The notes under the pieces were generated by a model. It ran no database searches. It was not told where the DNA came from and saw only the letters and a list, made by a program, of their open reading frames with translations. Source: an uncultured bacterium (lineage in GTDB: Bacteria > UBP14 > UBA6098 > B30-G16). Taken from it: DNA of 24,172 nucleotides. Both the position numbers and the translations under genes were made by a program. This document shows, piece after piece, positions 1 through 8,196 of this stretch. The stretch lies in assembly GCA_965552135.1 (NCBI GenBank), contig CBEVQY010000032.1, positions 1 through 24,172 on the forward strand, read 5' to 3'. The stretch's first letter is position 1. Each line of letters starts with the position of its first letter.

Positions 1-48
1 AACACCCAGAGGTATTAAATAAATTGGAGAGCTTTAGAGACGAAATGG

Positions 49-3000
49 TTAGATCAGACCGAATGTGGTGTCCTGAGCCACGATAGCCATCTCGTAGTTG
101 GCGGCATAGCCGGGATAGGCGGCGTAAACCGGGTAATAGCCCACCGGGATATCGCAGAGCACATAATGTCCGGAGGCGTCGGTGTATGTGGTCTCGCCCT
201 GACAGACGACTCTGGCGCCGCTTATCGTCGTGTAGGAATCGGCGTCGTAGACGTAGCCCTCAATGCAACCCAAGGGCGGAGGAAGGGTTGGGAAGAACAC
301 ATCGTCCACATACCAGCCGTAGTAGCCGCTTACGGAGTTGTCGCTTCCGAATCGGAACCTCACGTGCGTTGCCACGCCCGCGTAAGCCGAGAGGTCGACG
401 ACCTCATACACCCAGTCGCCGCTTGAGCCCGAGAAAGCCATCTCGCCGCCTATTGGGCTGCCGTATGTGGTCGGGATGACGGCGTCATAACCTCCTTCGG
501 GCACAACAAGCTCCCACGTAAAACCGCCGTCGGTGCTTACGGAGATGTTGCCGCCGTCGTAGCCGTCCTCGAAGTCATACCAGTGGTAAAACTCCATCGT
601 CGTAAGCGAAGACGCGAAGCTCGTAACATCCACCACAAGCTGCCAGTCGGCGTCGTTGTCGTAATAGCCGTCAAGCACAGTCCCCCAGCAGTTTGATCCT
701 GAGTGAGCCGAGGGCGGACCCGCAGTGGGAACACCCCACTCCCAACCGCCGGAGATCGGCGTTGGCGAAAAGCCACCGTCGTCCGCCTCGAAGTCGAAGT
801 AGTAGGGCTCGCTTGCGAGGAATATCGTGTCGACGTAGGTCGTCTCCCCAGCCTCGACGTCGAAAAGCCCGGAGGAAGCGCTGCTGTAACCGCTGTACGA
901 TGCCTTCACAGCATACGTCCCAACGGGCACCTCGTCGAAGAAATACATCCCAGAGCCGTCGGTGTGTGTGGTTGCCGACGCGCCCAAAAGCTCGCACGTT
1001 ATGCCCGCATCGGGACCGGGCGTTTCCGAAAGATCAGCATAGCCAACCACGTAGCCAACGGGTATCGGGTTGAGGACGAAGTTGACTATAAGCGTCTCAC
1101 CCTCGTACACAACCACATCGTAGGCGGTGTCGGTTTCCCAGGCGCCGCCGTTGTAAGCGTAGATGTCGTACGTTCCCGGCAGCAGGAGCATCTCGTACGA
1201 GCCGTCGGTGGCGGTGGCGGTCGAGAAGGTCATGGGTCCCATGGCGCCGACGATGACGCCGCTGTGGTCGGTCTCGCCCACAAGGGTGACGTTCCCGCGA
1301 ACAACGCCGTAGCGGCTCATTATGCCCTCCAAAACGACGTCGTCGATGTACCAGCCGGGGTAGTTGATAGAGCCGTCGGAGGTGAGCCGCCACCTTATTA
1401 CGACTGTGTCTCCGGCGTAGCCCGAAAGGTCGAACGCCTCGTTTCGCCACGTGGCGTCGTGCCCCGAGTAGGACGCAAGCGTTGTCCAGCTGCCGCCGCC
1501 GTCGGTGGAGATGTCAAGATCGCAGTTATCGAACCACGATTCGGTGTCATACCAGCCCCAGAAGGAGAGGTATATCGGCGGCTCGACGTACGAGAGATCC
1601 ACCGAGGGGGTGAGGAGGCTGTAGTCGGCATTGCTTCCGTAATCTCCGTCCAGAACCGTCGCCCAGAGGTTTGATCCGCTGTGCGCAGCCCCCGGACCGG
1701 ATGTTGGCGTGCCCCATTCCCATCCACCGCCGCTTACGGTAAACCCGCCGTCGCTTACCTCAAAGTCGGCGTCGATCAAGCTCACAAAGGGCAGCCTGTT
1801 GAGCGTGAAGTCCACGGTAACGGTCTCGTCCACGGCAACCGCCACGCCGAAGACCGTATCGGTCGTCCAGTGATAGTCCTTGTACGCCGATACGTTGTAG
1901 GTTCCGGGCGTGACGCTTATCTCGTAATATCCCGTCGAGTCGGTGTAGTCGGTGAGCACAAGCGCACCCTCGGCGGCGACGAGGACGCCGCTGTGGTCCG
2001 TCTCTCCCGCAAGGGTCACGTGCCCGCGGATGACTCCCCCGGGCGGACGGTTCGGCGTGAACTTCAGAGCCGAAGGACCCGGCGGAAGCGGAGCCGCACC
2101 GTCGACGATCTCTATGCCGCTGCCGTACGTGCCGTCGTAAAGATACTCAACCCCCAAACTCCCGTCCTCGTTTTCGATGCCCACAGTCGCATCGTCAAGA
2201 CCGGCGGCGTCTATGGATTGATACTTAAATATTACCTCGCCGTTTCCGGCGACCTCGTCGCATGCGGCGGGGTTGACGAGGATGATCTCGAAGTTGTAGT
2301 AGACGCTTCCGCTAAGTTCCCTTGCGTTGTTCCACTCGATGATGAACGTGTCGCCGTCGGCGGATGTGTAGGTGTAGACGGCTCCATCGACCATTGTGAG
2401 GTCGTCCCAAAGGGGAGCCAAAAGCGCGTTCGGCGAAGCCGCGTCGGGGATGGGGTTGTTGGAGTAATCGTTCGTCCCCGGATCAAGCCCAAAGCACGCC
2501 CAGCCGTTCGTGCAAACCCAAAGTGTGGTGTAGTCGTAGCCGTAGTACCTGAAGACGAAGGGCAGGGTGACCATCGTCCTGTCGTCGTCGGCGCTTATGC
2601 CCAGGTTGGTGCCGACGGAGGTTATGTCGCGGAAGGTTGCATCGGGCGCCTCGTCGTAGATGTCGGTGTTGTCGTAGACGTAATACCGACCCTGAACCAC
2701 AAGCTCGAACGTGTCGGAAACCCCCACAGACGGCGGAACGTACGTGTCCTCGGCGATAAAGTAGTAACGAACCATATCCCATGGGTCCTGCATGGGTATG
2801 CTTGCGGCATATGTCCCCCTTCCGTAGCCGTCTATCGAGACGGCGGACATTCCCACGCAGGTAAAGCTTCCGGAGTAGCCGCTGCCGGAGTTGACGTCGT
2901 AGCAGAGCTGAACCGAGGTCGGGCTTACGCCCGTGACGTCGTAGATGTAGACGGTTTCAGGGTAACTTGTTGCGGTCATGGGGAAGACGGGGCGGTAGTA

Positions 3001-3552
3001 GCTTGCGTGATCGAACGTTGGCGGCGAAGGCTCGGAGATGTAAAGACCAACGGAAACGTAGTCGACGTACCAGTAGTTGGAGTTGTAGTAGCCGTACTTA
3101 AACGCCACCCGGCAGTTTCCGGAAAGTGGCGTTGGGAGGTTATCGATGCGCACATCGACCGTCTCCACGTCGGTTCCAAATCCCGGGCCGTAGACCACAA
3201 GCGTTTCGGGCCAGGTCGTTCCACCGTCGACCGAAAGCAGGACCAGGCAGCTGCCCTGCTCGGCGAGGTAGTGCGAGAGCTGATGCCAGTAGCGAAGGAC
3301 GATTGAGTCTGCGGGCGAGGACCCGTCGAAGGGTGCGGAGATCAGCCAGTCGTCCTGATAGTCGACGACCGAGCCGTCAATCCTGGCGAGGTTGCTCCAC
3401 TGATACCACGTCCCCACAGGACCGCCGTCTATCACCTGCCAGCCCGTCGGGATCCAAGTATCGAAGGTCTCGGGTCCGAGCAGATAGCTTGTGGGCTGCG
3501 CCAAAACGAAACAAGCCAAAAACAAAACCCAAAAGCCAAAGCGCCACAACAT
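49..3552 (-). CDS. Large secreted/surface modular protein with repeated carboxypeptidase-regulatory-like beta-sandwich domains and jelly-roll (MAM/choice-of-anchor-J/InhA-like) domains; probably C-terminally truncated at the window edge
   Basis: Signal peptide MLWRFGFWVLFLACFVLA-Q. SD GGGAGG lies 8 nt before the ATG. Repeated GxVxGxVTL..TDxxGxY..PGTY modules and repeated DFE..DGG..WEWGxP..AHSGSNxW..GWYxDDV modules. Asp/Tyr/Thr/Gly-rich composition. Confidence 0.8.
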   Translation of the reverse strand: MLWRFGFWVLFLACFVLAQPTSYLLGPETFDTWIPTGWQVIDGGPVGTWYQWSNLARIDGSVVDYQDDWLISAPFDGSSPADSIVLRYWHQLSHYLAEQGSCLVLLSVDGGTTWPETLVVYGPGFGTDVETVDVRIDNLPTPLSGNCRVAFKYGYYNSNYWYVDYVSVGLYISEPSPPTFDHASYYRPVFPMTATSYPETVYIYDVTGVSPTSVQLCYDVNSGSGYSGSFTCVGMSAVSIDGYGRGTYAASIPMQDPWDMVRYYFIAEDTYVPPSVGVSDTFELVVQGRYYVYDNTDIYDEAPDATFRDITSVGTNLGISADDDRTMVTLPFVFRYYGYDYTTLWVCTNGWACFGLDPGTNDYSNNPIPDAASPNALLAPLWDDLTMVDGAVYTYTSADGDTFIIEWNNARELSGSVYYNFEIILVNPAACDEVAGNGEVIFKYQSIDAAGLDDATVGIENEDGSLGVEYLYDGTYGSGIEIVDGAAPLPPGPSALKFTPNRPPGGVIRGHVTLAGETDHSGVLVAAEGALVLTDYTDSTGYYEISVTPGTYNVSAYKDYHWTTDTVFGVAVAVDETVTVDFTLNRLPFVSLIDADFEVSDGGFTVSGGGWEWGTPTSGPGAAHSGSNLWATVLDGDYGSNADYSLLTPSVDLSYVEPPIYLSFWGWYDTESWFDNCDLDISTDGGGSWTTLASYSGHDATWRNEAFDLSGYAGDTVVIRWRLTSDGSINYPGWYIDDVVLEGIMSRYGVVRGNVTLVGETDHSGVIVGAMGPMTFSTATATDGSYEMLLLPGTYDIYAYNGGAWETDTAYDVVVYEGETLIVNFVLNPIPVGYVVGYADLSETPGPDAGITCELLGASATTHTDGSGMYFFDEVPVGTYAVKASYSGYSSASSGLFDVEAGETTYVDTIFLASEPYYFDFEADDGGFSPTPISGGWEWGVPTAGPPSAHSGSNCWGTVLDGYYDNDADWQLVVDVTSFASSLTTMEFYHWYDFEDGYDGGNISVSTDGGFTWELVVPEGGYDAVIPTTYGSPIGGEMAFSGSSGDWVYEVVDLSAYAGVATHVRFRFGSDNSVSGYYGWYVDDVFFPTLPPPLGCIEGYVYDADSYTTISGARVVCQGETTYTDASGHYVLCDIPVGYYPVYAAYPGYAANYEMAIVAQDTTFGLI
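660..2030 (-). repeat. Intragenic domain duplications in the 1167-aa protein
   Basis: RGHVTLAGETDHSGV (~1981-2030) matches RGNVTLVGETDHSGV (~1252-1300), with visible DNA similarity (acgccgctgtggtc..gtctc). DFEVSDGG..WEWGTPTSGPGAAHSGSNLWATVLDG (~1640-1770) matches DFEADDGG..WEWGVPTAGPPSAHSGSNCWGTVLDG (~660-800). Confidence 0.8.
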
Positions 3553-3587
3553 AGCCTATGCCTCCCTTCTTCTTTGGGTTCTAACTA

Positions 3588-3615
3588 AAAATGCTTTGCG
3601 GCTTTTCGTTGTCAA
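3588..3615 (-). promoter_or_regulatory. Putative sigma70 promoter for the 1167-aa gene
   Basis: TTGACA (3615-3610), 16-nt spacer, weak -10 CATTTT (3593-3588), in an AT-rich intergenic stretch. Confidence 0.35.
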
Positions 3616-3673
3616 GCTATTATTGTTTCTGCGTTGAGGCGATTGACTGCGACGGCTGGAGCGCGAAGAGGCG

Positions 3674-4120
3674 TTACTCCGGCGGCGGGATGTTCCCCAT
3701 CGGCGCGGCGGCTTTGCGCTGGTTTATCGCCGCCAAGATCGACTCGAGCTTCTTGGCGGTCTCGCGCGCAAAAAGCCTGACCATGCCTATGGTCGTTGTG
3801 TTCTCGAAGATTATAACCAAAAGGGCGTCCTTGCCGACCGCGGAAAGGTGGATGTGATCCCTTCTGCCCTGGTGGAACATCACGGTGAACTCCTCCTCCC
3901 CTATCATCTTGGCAAGCTCGCGGGTGGTGGCGAACGCTCCGGCAGCAAGGACGGCTATAGTCTGCGGATCGATGTGCTCGGTGAACCCCTGCGCCGACAT
4001 CAAAAAGCCGCCGTGGTCCAAAAGAAGGGCGGTTTTGGCGTCGGAGTTCTTCAAAAGCTCCCTGAGGAGCATGTCTATCTGCTTCTGTTCCTCGGGCGTT
4101 ATGAACCTGTGTCTGGGCAT
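3674..4120 (-). CDS. mglB: MglB-type Roadblock/LC7 protein (putative GAP of MglA)
   Basis: Follows the MglB pattern throughout (DAKTALLLDHGG..ID..IAVLAAG..LAKMIGEEEF..FHQG..LLVIIF..T.IGMVRL). Directly downstream of mglA. Confidence 0.88.
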   Translation of the reverse strand: MPRHRFITPEEQKQIDMLLRELLKNSDAKTALLLDHGGFLMSAQGFTEHIDPQTIAVLAAGAFATTRELAKMIGEEEFTVMFHQGRRDHIHLSAVGKDALLVIIFENTTTIGMVRLFARETAKKLESILAAINQRKAAAPMGNIPPPE

Positions 4121-4124
4121 ATCC

Positions 4125-4733
4125 TCACCCCTTCTTCGCGGAGATCTCCGATATTAGCTTCACCAACACCATCCTCGAGATGGCGTTTAGCGTCTCGAAG
4201 ACGCCAACGCCCCTTATCGCTATCGACTCAAAGTACGGCACGCGCTGCTTCTCTCGATTGAGGAGGTGGTCCATGTATTCGACTGGCGCGGCATCGGGCA
4301 GATCCCTTTTGTTGAACTGAAGGACGTAGGGAACGTCCTCAAGCGTAAGACCGTAGTCGGCAAGGTTCTCCTTCATGTTGACGAAGCTTTCGTGGTTGTC
4401 GTTCATCCGCTTCCAGGACGAGTCGGCGACGAAGACAATCCCGTCGACGCCCTGGAGGACGAGCTTCCGCGTCGCGTTGTAGAAGACCTGGCCGGGCACC
4501 GTGTAGAGCTGGAAGCGGGTGGTAAAGCCCTTCACCGCGTGTGTGACGAGCGGCAGAAAGTCGAAAAACAGTGTCCTGTCGCCGTCTGTGGCGAGCGAAA
4601 CCATATCCGAGCGATACTTCGCTGGGATCTTTTTGTGGATGAAAAGCAGGTTCGTCGTCTTGCCCGACATGCCGGGACCGTAGTAGACTATCTTGCAGGT
4701 TATCTCTCTTGTCGCAAAGTTTATGGTCGACAT
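4125..4733 (-). CDS. mglA: MglA-family small Ras-like GTPase
   Basis: N-terminal [26 protein letters not shown] (G1), DRTLFFDF (intrinsic Arg finger/switch I), YTVPGQ (MglA-specific G3), [15 protein letters not shown] (G4), GVFETL. Confidence 0.96.
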   Translation of the reverse strand: MSTINFATREITCKIVYYGPGMSGKTTNLLFIHKKIPAKYRSDMVSLATDGDRTLFFDFLPLVTHAVKGFTTRFQLYTVPGQVFYNATRKLVLQGVDGIVFVADSSWKRMNDNHESFVNMKENLADYGLTLEDVPYVLQFNKRDLPDAAPVEYMDHLLNREKQRVPYFESIAIRGVGVFETLNAISRMVLVKLISEISAKKG

Positions 4734-4740
4734 CTTGCCA

Positions 4741-5100
4741 CTAAGCCCCGCCGGTTATCTTCTTTAGGTTTTCCGTTGCCTCCATAAGCTCAAGCCTCAC
4801 AAGACCGATGTTCGCGTCGGGGGCGGTGAGCACCCCAAGATATCCCACGCCCGCGTCGGTCAAAAAGACTTTTCCGTTTTCGCCCTCCAAGACGATGTTC
4901 TTGAGGTTCCCCTGCCCCATCATCTCCGCAGCCTTGACGGCGGTGGTTCCGATGGCGGAAACCATTGCGGCAACTATCTCGTCCTGAACCTGCACCGAAA
5001 GGTCGCTTGCAACAACAAGACCGTCCTTGGCAACAAGTATGCTCCCAACAACCCCCTTCACCTGCGAGAGCCGCTCCACTACCTCCTTGACGCTTGCCAT
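4741..5100 (-). CDS. Soluble Roadblock/LC7 domain protein (second MglB/MglC-like paralogue)
   Basis: 119 aa; [51 protein letters not shown] is a canonical Roadblock pattern. SD GGGGGAG upstream. Confidence 0.9.
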   Translation of the reverse strand: MASVKEVVERLSQVKGVVGSILVAKDGLVVASDLSVQVQDEIVAAMVSAIGTTAVKAAEMMGQGNLKNIVLEGENGKVFLTDAGVGYLGVLTAPDANIGLVRLELMEATENLKKITGGA

Positions 5101-5115
5101 CTAACTCCCCCTTAT

Positions 5116-5685
5116 CTACCAGATTCGTGTGTAGTACTTCTTAAGCAGTCTAACTATATTATTTCTAAAATCCTCCGCAATGGCAATTCCATCTTCGACT
5201 TCGATATCCCTTTCGAACCACACTCCCCACGGCATGCCCGCGACATCGCCTATAACCCAGTACGAACCTTCCCCACAGAGTAGCACCCTTTTGGGCTTTC
5301 CGATTGTGAGTCTTTCGTGTGCAGCGAGCTTGAGTATTTCGAGGAAGTAAGCCGGCACGGCGACGTCGTCGAGGAAGAGGTCTGTGTCTGCCGCCATGAT
5401 CTGCCCGAACCTGTCGGCAAGAACCGCGCCCAGAACGCCGGGCAGCTTTGTGTAGAGCGCGGTCAGGTCCTCGAGTCGAGCCTGAGGTGGCACCTCGGGC
5501 TTTTCGATTGCGGGTTTTGGCTCGGGCTTTGGCGCAGGTGGCGGAGCAGCCTGAACCTCCGCCGTAGTCTGTGTTGGCTGGGGTGTTGGTGCAGGCGCAC
5601 GCGAAACGCGACGCCAAAGCAAAACTATCACAACCCCCAAAACAACAACGCCAAGGGCAAGCAAAACTATCACCGCCGTAAGCAT
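5116..5685 (-). CDS. Single-pass membrane-anchored protein with Pro/Thr linker and C-terminal Roadblock-like domain
   Basis: N-terminal hydrophobic helix followed by WRR, then a PAPTPQPT..PKPEPKP linker, then LPGVLGAVLADRFGQIMAA (Roadblock beta1-beta2 motif). Confidence 0.75.
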   Translation of the reverse strand: MLTAVIVLLALGVVVLGVVIVLLWRRVSRAPAPTPQPTQTTAEVQAAPPPAPKPEPKPAIEKPEVPPQARLEDLTALYTKLPGVLGAVLADRFGQIMAADTDLFLDDVAVPAYFLEILKLAAHERLTIGKPKRVLLCGEGSYWVIGDVAGMPWGVWFERDIEVEDGIAIAEDFRNNIVRLLKKYYTRIW

Positions 5686-5765
5686 ATCCCCCTCGCTATC
5701 TTATCCCACAAGCGCCAAAAGGCGACCTCCTGCACCCCCCTCTCCCGATGCCGCAATCTCCCGCT

Positions 5766-8159
5766 CTATTTTTCGGCGCCAAGAAGCGCCTGCGAAAGCC
5801 TCTGGACCTCCAGAGGCGCCTCCTGGACGGGTTTGTCCTTTGGCAGCTCCGCCACGATCACGCCGCCCGGCATCGGCATAAGCGCGAGCGTCCAGCCCTG
5901 GGCGTGGAGGAGCGCCCTCTGCCAGCCGGCGAGGATCCTGCCCGCGCCCGAGATGAGCTGTGCGAACTCGTTGCCCAAAGCCGCCACAGCGCCCAGATGA
6001 TCCTCGTCGCCGCTTACAGCCGATACCACGCCAAGCATCTTGCCCGGAAGCTTCGTCCAGGCGCCCTGGTAACCTTCAACGTCCTTGATTTCGCGCTCGG
6101 AGTGGAACGGCAGAGGCTCCACAGGCTCAAGCTCGACATCCTGAGGCGACTCGGACGCACCCAGGGCGCCGCAAGCCTCGTCGACAAGACCCTTAAGCTC
6201 GGGAAGCTCTTTGGGCGAGACGACCAGAACCAGGGCGTCCCGTTTCGTCCTAAGCCCCGGCGCGATGGCGATGGCGACGGAGACGACATCGGAATCGACG
6301 AAGACATAGCAGGGCGTTTTCTCCCAGTTGTCGGAAAGCTTTTTGGTTGCCGCCCACTGTGCGACCGGCGCAAGCGCTCCTCCACTTACGCCCACAGGCT
6401 GAAGCAAAACCACACAGACCTTGTCGCCCTCCTCGAGCATAGGCGTTACGCCGTTTCGGGATGCGAAGTCGAGGAGTTCCTGCGGGAAGCCGCTCGGCTC
6501 CTCCTCGGAGGGCTCCTGGGGCGGAGAAGCCGCATCCGACGTAAGGTCCAAAACCTTCCCCTCCTCCTCGACTATCGGCTCCTCCTCTCCCCCGGATTCG
6601 GCAAGACCCTCAAAAACGCTTTCTATGTCGACGCTTTCGCTCGCCTGCGCCCACTTCGACTCCTCCTGCGGACCCCTGTCGCCGAATATGACCTTCGGGT
6701 CCGTCTTCGACATTATGTCGTCGAGGGGGAGGTCGAGCTCGAGCTCCGAAAGGTCGCCGCTCTGGTCGGAGGACATGAAGTTGACAAGCTCTATAGGTAT
6801 CTCGCTGTAGACGTACTCCACGGTAAGCGTTGCCTTGCCCTGCTGCAGCTGCGGTATGAGCATTCTCATCGGCACGGCGAGCTCGAAGTTTGCGCCGCGC
6901 TTTATGAGTCGACTCAGAACCTGCGCGCTCTGCTTGCCGGAGTTAAGCTCGATGAGCTTGCGGAGCGATATCCTGTAGAAGTCGTCGGGGGATGTGATTT
7001 CGTATCCGCCTTCGGGTTTGGGTGCTTCGGTCTTTGGCGGCGGCGCTTGTGGCTGCGGCGCGACCTTCTCCTCGGGCTTAGCCTCTGGCTGCGCGGGGGC
7101 TGGCGCCTCGGGGAGCTCTGTGGGAAGCTCGACGGGCGCCTCGGGGAGTCCGGGCGCCTGGGGCGCCTCTGGCACCTCGAGCGGCACCTCAAGCTCAGGA
7201 AGCGGCGCCTCCGCGGGCGGAGCAGCCTCCTCAGGCGCAGGTGGAGCCTCGGGCTGCGCCTCCTCTGCCGCAGCCTCACCGCCCTCCTCAAGCGCAAAGG
7301 GCTCAAGCTCCATAAGCTTCGAAATCTCCTCGAGCTCGGGCGCAGGCTGAGGGGACTGTGCGGACGGCGCCTCCTGAGGGGCTGGTGTCTCGACCTCGGG
7401 CACAGGCTGCGGCGGCGCCTGGGGCGCCTCCTCCGAAGGCGTTTCGGGCAGCTCCTCCGCCGCGCTCAACTCGCCACCCTCGGGAACCATCCCGCGCAAA
7501 AGCTCGAGTATCTCGCTCCCCGCCTCAGCCCGCTGTGGAGCCGCAAGATTGCGGAAATAGTCGCTTATCCGAACCCCTTTAAGAAGCGCCTTTATGTCGG
7601 CTGCGTCCTGGCTTTCGAAGACCTGGCGCCAAACCCGGCCGGGAACCACCTGCACCTCAAGCTCCCCCGGCGACGGAGGGACAAGCTCAACTTCGTCCTC
7701 CTCCCAAAGCGGCGCAAACTCCTCCTCGATGCGCTTTTCGGTCTGCGTGCGAACGTAGCCGAAAACCACGGGGAAAGCCAGAAACGGCGTCGACAAAACC
7801 TCGATGGCGTAGACGGCTGTGTTCCCGTAGAAGGCGAGCTGAAAGCCCGTCGAAAAATTCACCTGCCCACCCGCGATCACGCTGAACAAAAAGCCGTTGA
7901 GCATGCTCGTTATCATCCTGATCAAGATGAAGACGATGAAGGAGCGTATCCAGATGTCGACATCGACGTGTCTTTCGGAGTAGAAGAAGAAGAGCACGGC
8001 GACGTAGAACACAAGCTCGGCAGCCACCTTCGCCGGCGTTGGCAGCGCGGGCAGCAAAACGCGATCACCAAGCGAAAAAAGCGCGCAACACACAGCCACG
8101 CAGAAGATAAGAAGAACGAAATCCAAAAAGTAGACGATGTAGTAAGACCTCCCCCCCAT
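5766..8159 (-). CDS. Polytopic membrane protein (about 4 TM) with long Pro/Glu-rich linker, a central globular domain and probable tandem degenerate Roadblock-like domains
   Basis: Long ORF with four hydrophobic N-terminal segments, a low-complexity E/P/A region (~7010-7480), and C-terminal alpha/beta periodicity resembling the Roadblock fold. Start taken as ATG 8159 (GTG 8177 is an alternative). Confidence 0.75.
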   Translation of the reverse strand: MGGRSYYIVYFLDFVLLIFCVAVCCALFSLGDRVLLPALPTPAKVAAELVFYVAVLFFFYSERHVDVDIWIRSFIVFILIRMITSMLNGFLFSVIAGGQVNFSTGFQLAFYGNTAVYAIEVLSTPFLAFPVVFGYVRTQTEKRIEEEFAPLWEEDEVELVPPSPGELEVQVVPGRVWRQVFESQDAADIKALLKGVRISDYFRNLAAPQRAEAGSEILELLRGMVPEGGELSAAEELPETPSEEAPQAPPQPVPEVETPAPQEAPSAQSPQPAPELEEISKLMELEPFALEEGGEAAAEEAQPEAPPAPEEAAPPAEAPLPELEVPLEVPEAPQAPGLPEAPVELPTELPEAPAPAQPEAKPEEKVAPQPQAPPPKTEAPKPEGGYEITSPDDFYRISLRKLIELNSGKQSAQVLSRLIKRGANFELAVPMRMLIPQLQQGKATLTVEYVYSEIPIELVNFMSSDQSGDLSELELDLPLDDIMSKTDPKVIFGDRGPQEESKWAQASESVDIESVFEGLAESGGEEEPIVEEEGKVLDLTSDAASPPQEPSEEEPSGFPQELLDFASRNGVTPMLEEGDKVCVVLLQPVGVSGGALAPVAQWAATKKLSDNWEKTPCYVFVDSDVVSVAIAIAPGLRTKRDALVLVVSPKELPELKGLVDEACGALGASESPQDVELEPVEPLPFHSEREIKDVEGYQGAWTKLPGKMLGVVSAVSGDEDHLGAVAALGNEFAQLISGAGRILAGWQRALLHAQGWTLALMPMPGGVIVAELPKDKPVQEAPLEVQRLSQALLGAEK

Positions 8160-8167
8160 CCCACAAA

Positions 8168-8196
8168 AAATTCGCACAGTTGCTTGCTTATGTCAA
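8168..8196 (-). promoter_or_regulatory. Putative sigma70 promoter of the Roadblock/mglA operon
   Basis: Perfect TTGACA (8196-8191), 17-nt spacer ending in TGC (extended -10 TG), GAATTT (8173-8168). ATG follows 8 nt later. Confidence 0.5.

Noticed and set aside
7010..7480. DNA tandem repeat or CRISPR-like array (recurring ggcgcctc)
   Set aside because: Irregular spacing, fully explained by Glu-Ala-Pro codons in a low-complexity linker.
3674..8159. Actinobacterial conservon (cvnABCD)
   Set aside because: No histidine-kinase-like ATPase domain or DUF742, and the GTPase has the MglA-type TVPGQ and DRTLFFDF motifs.
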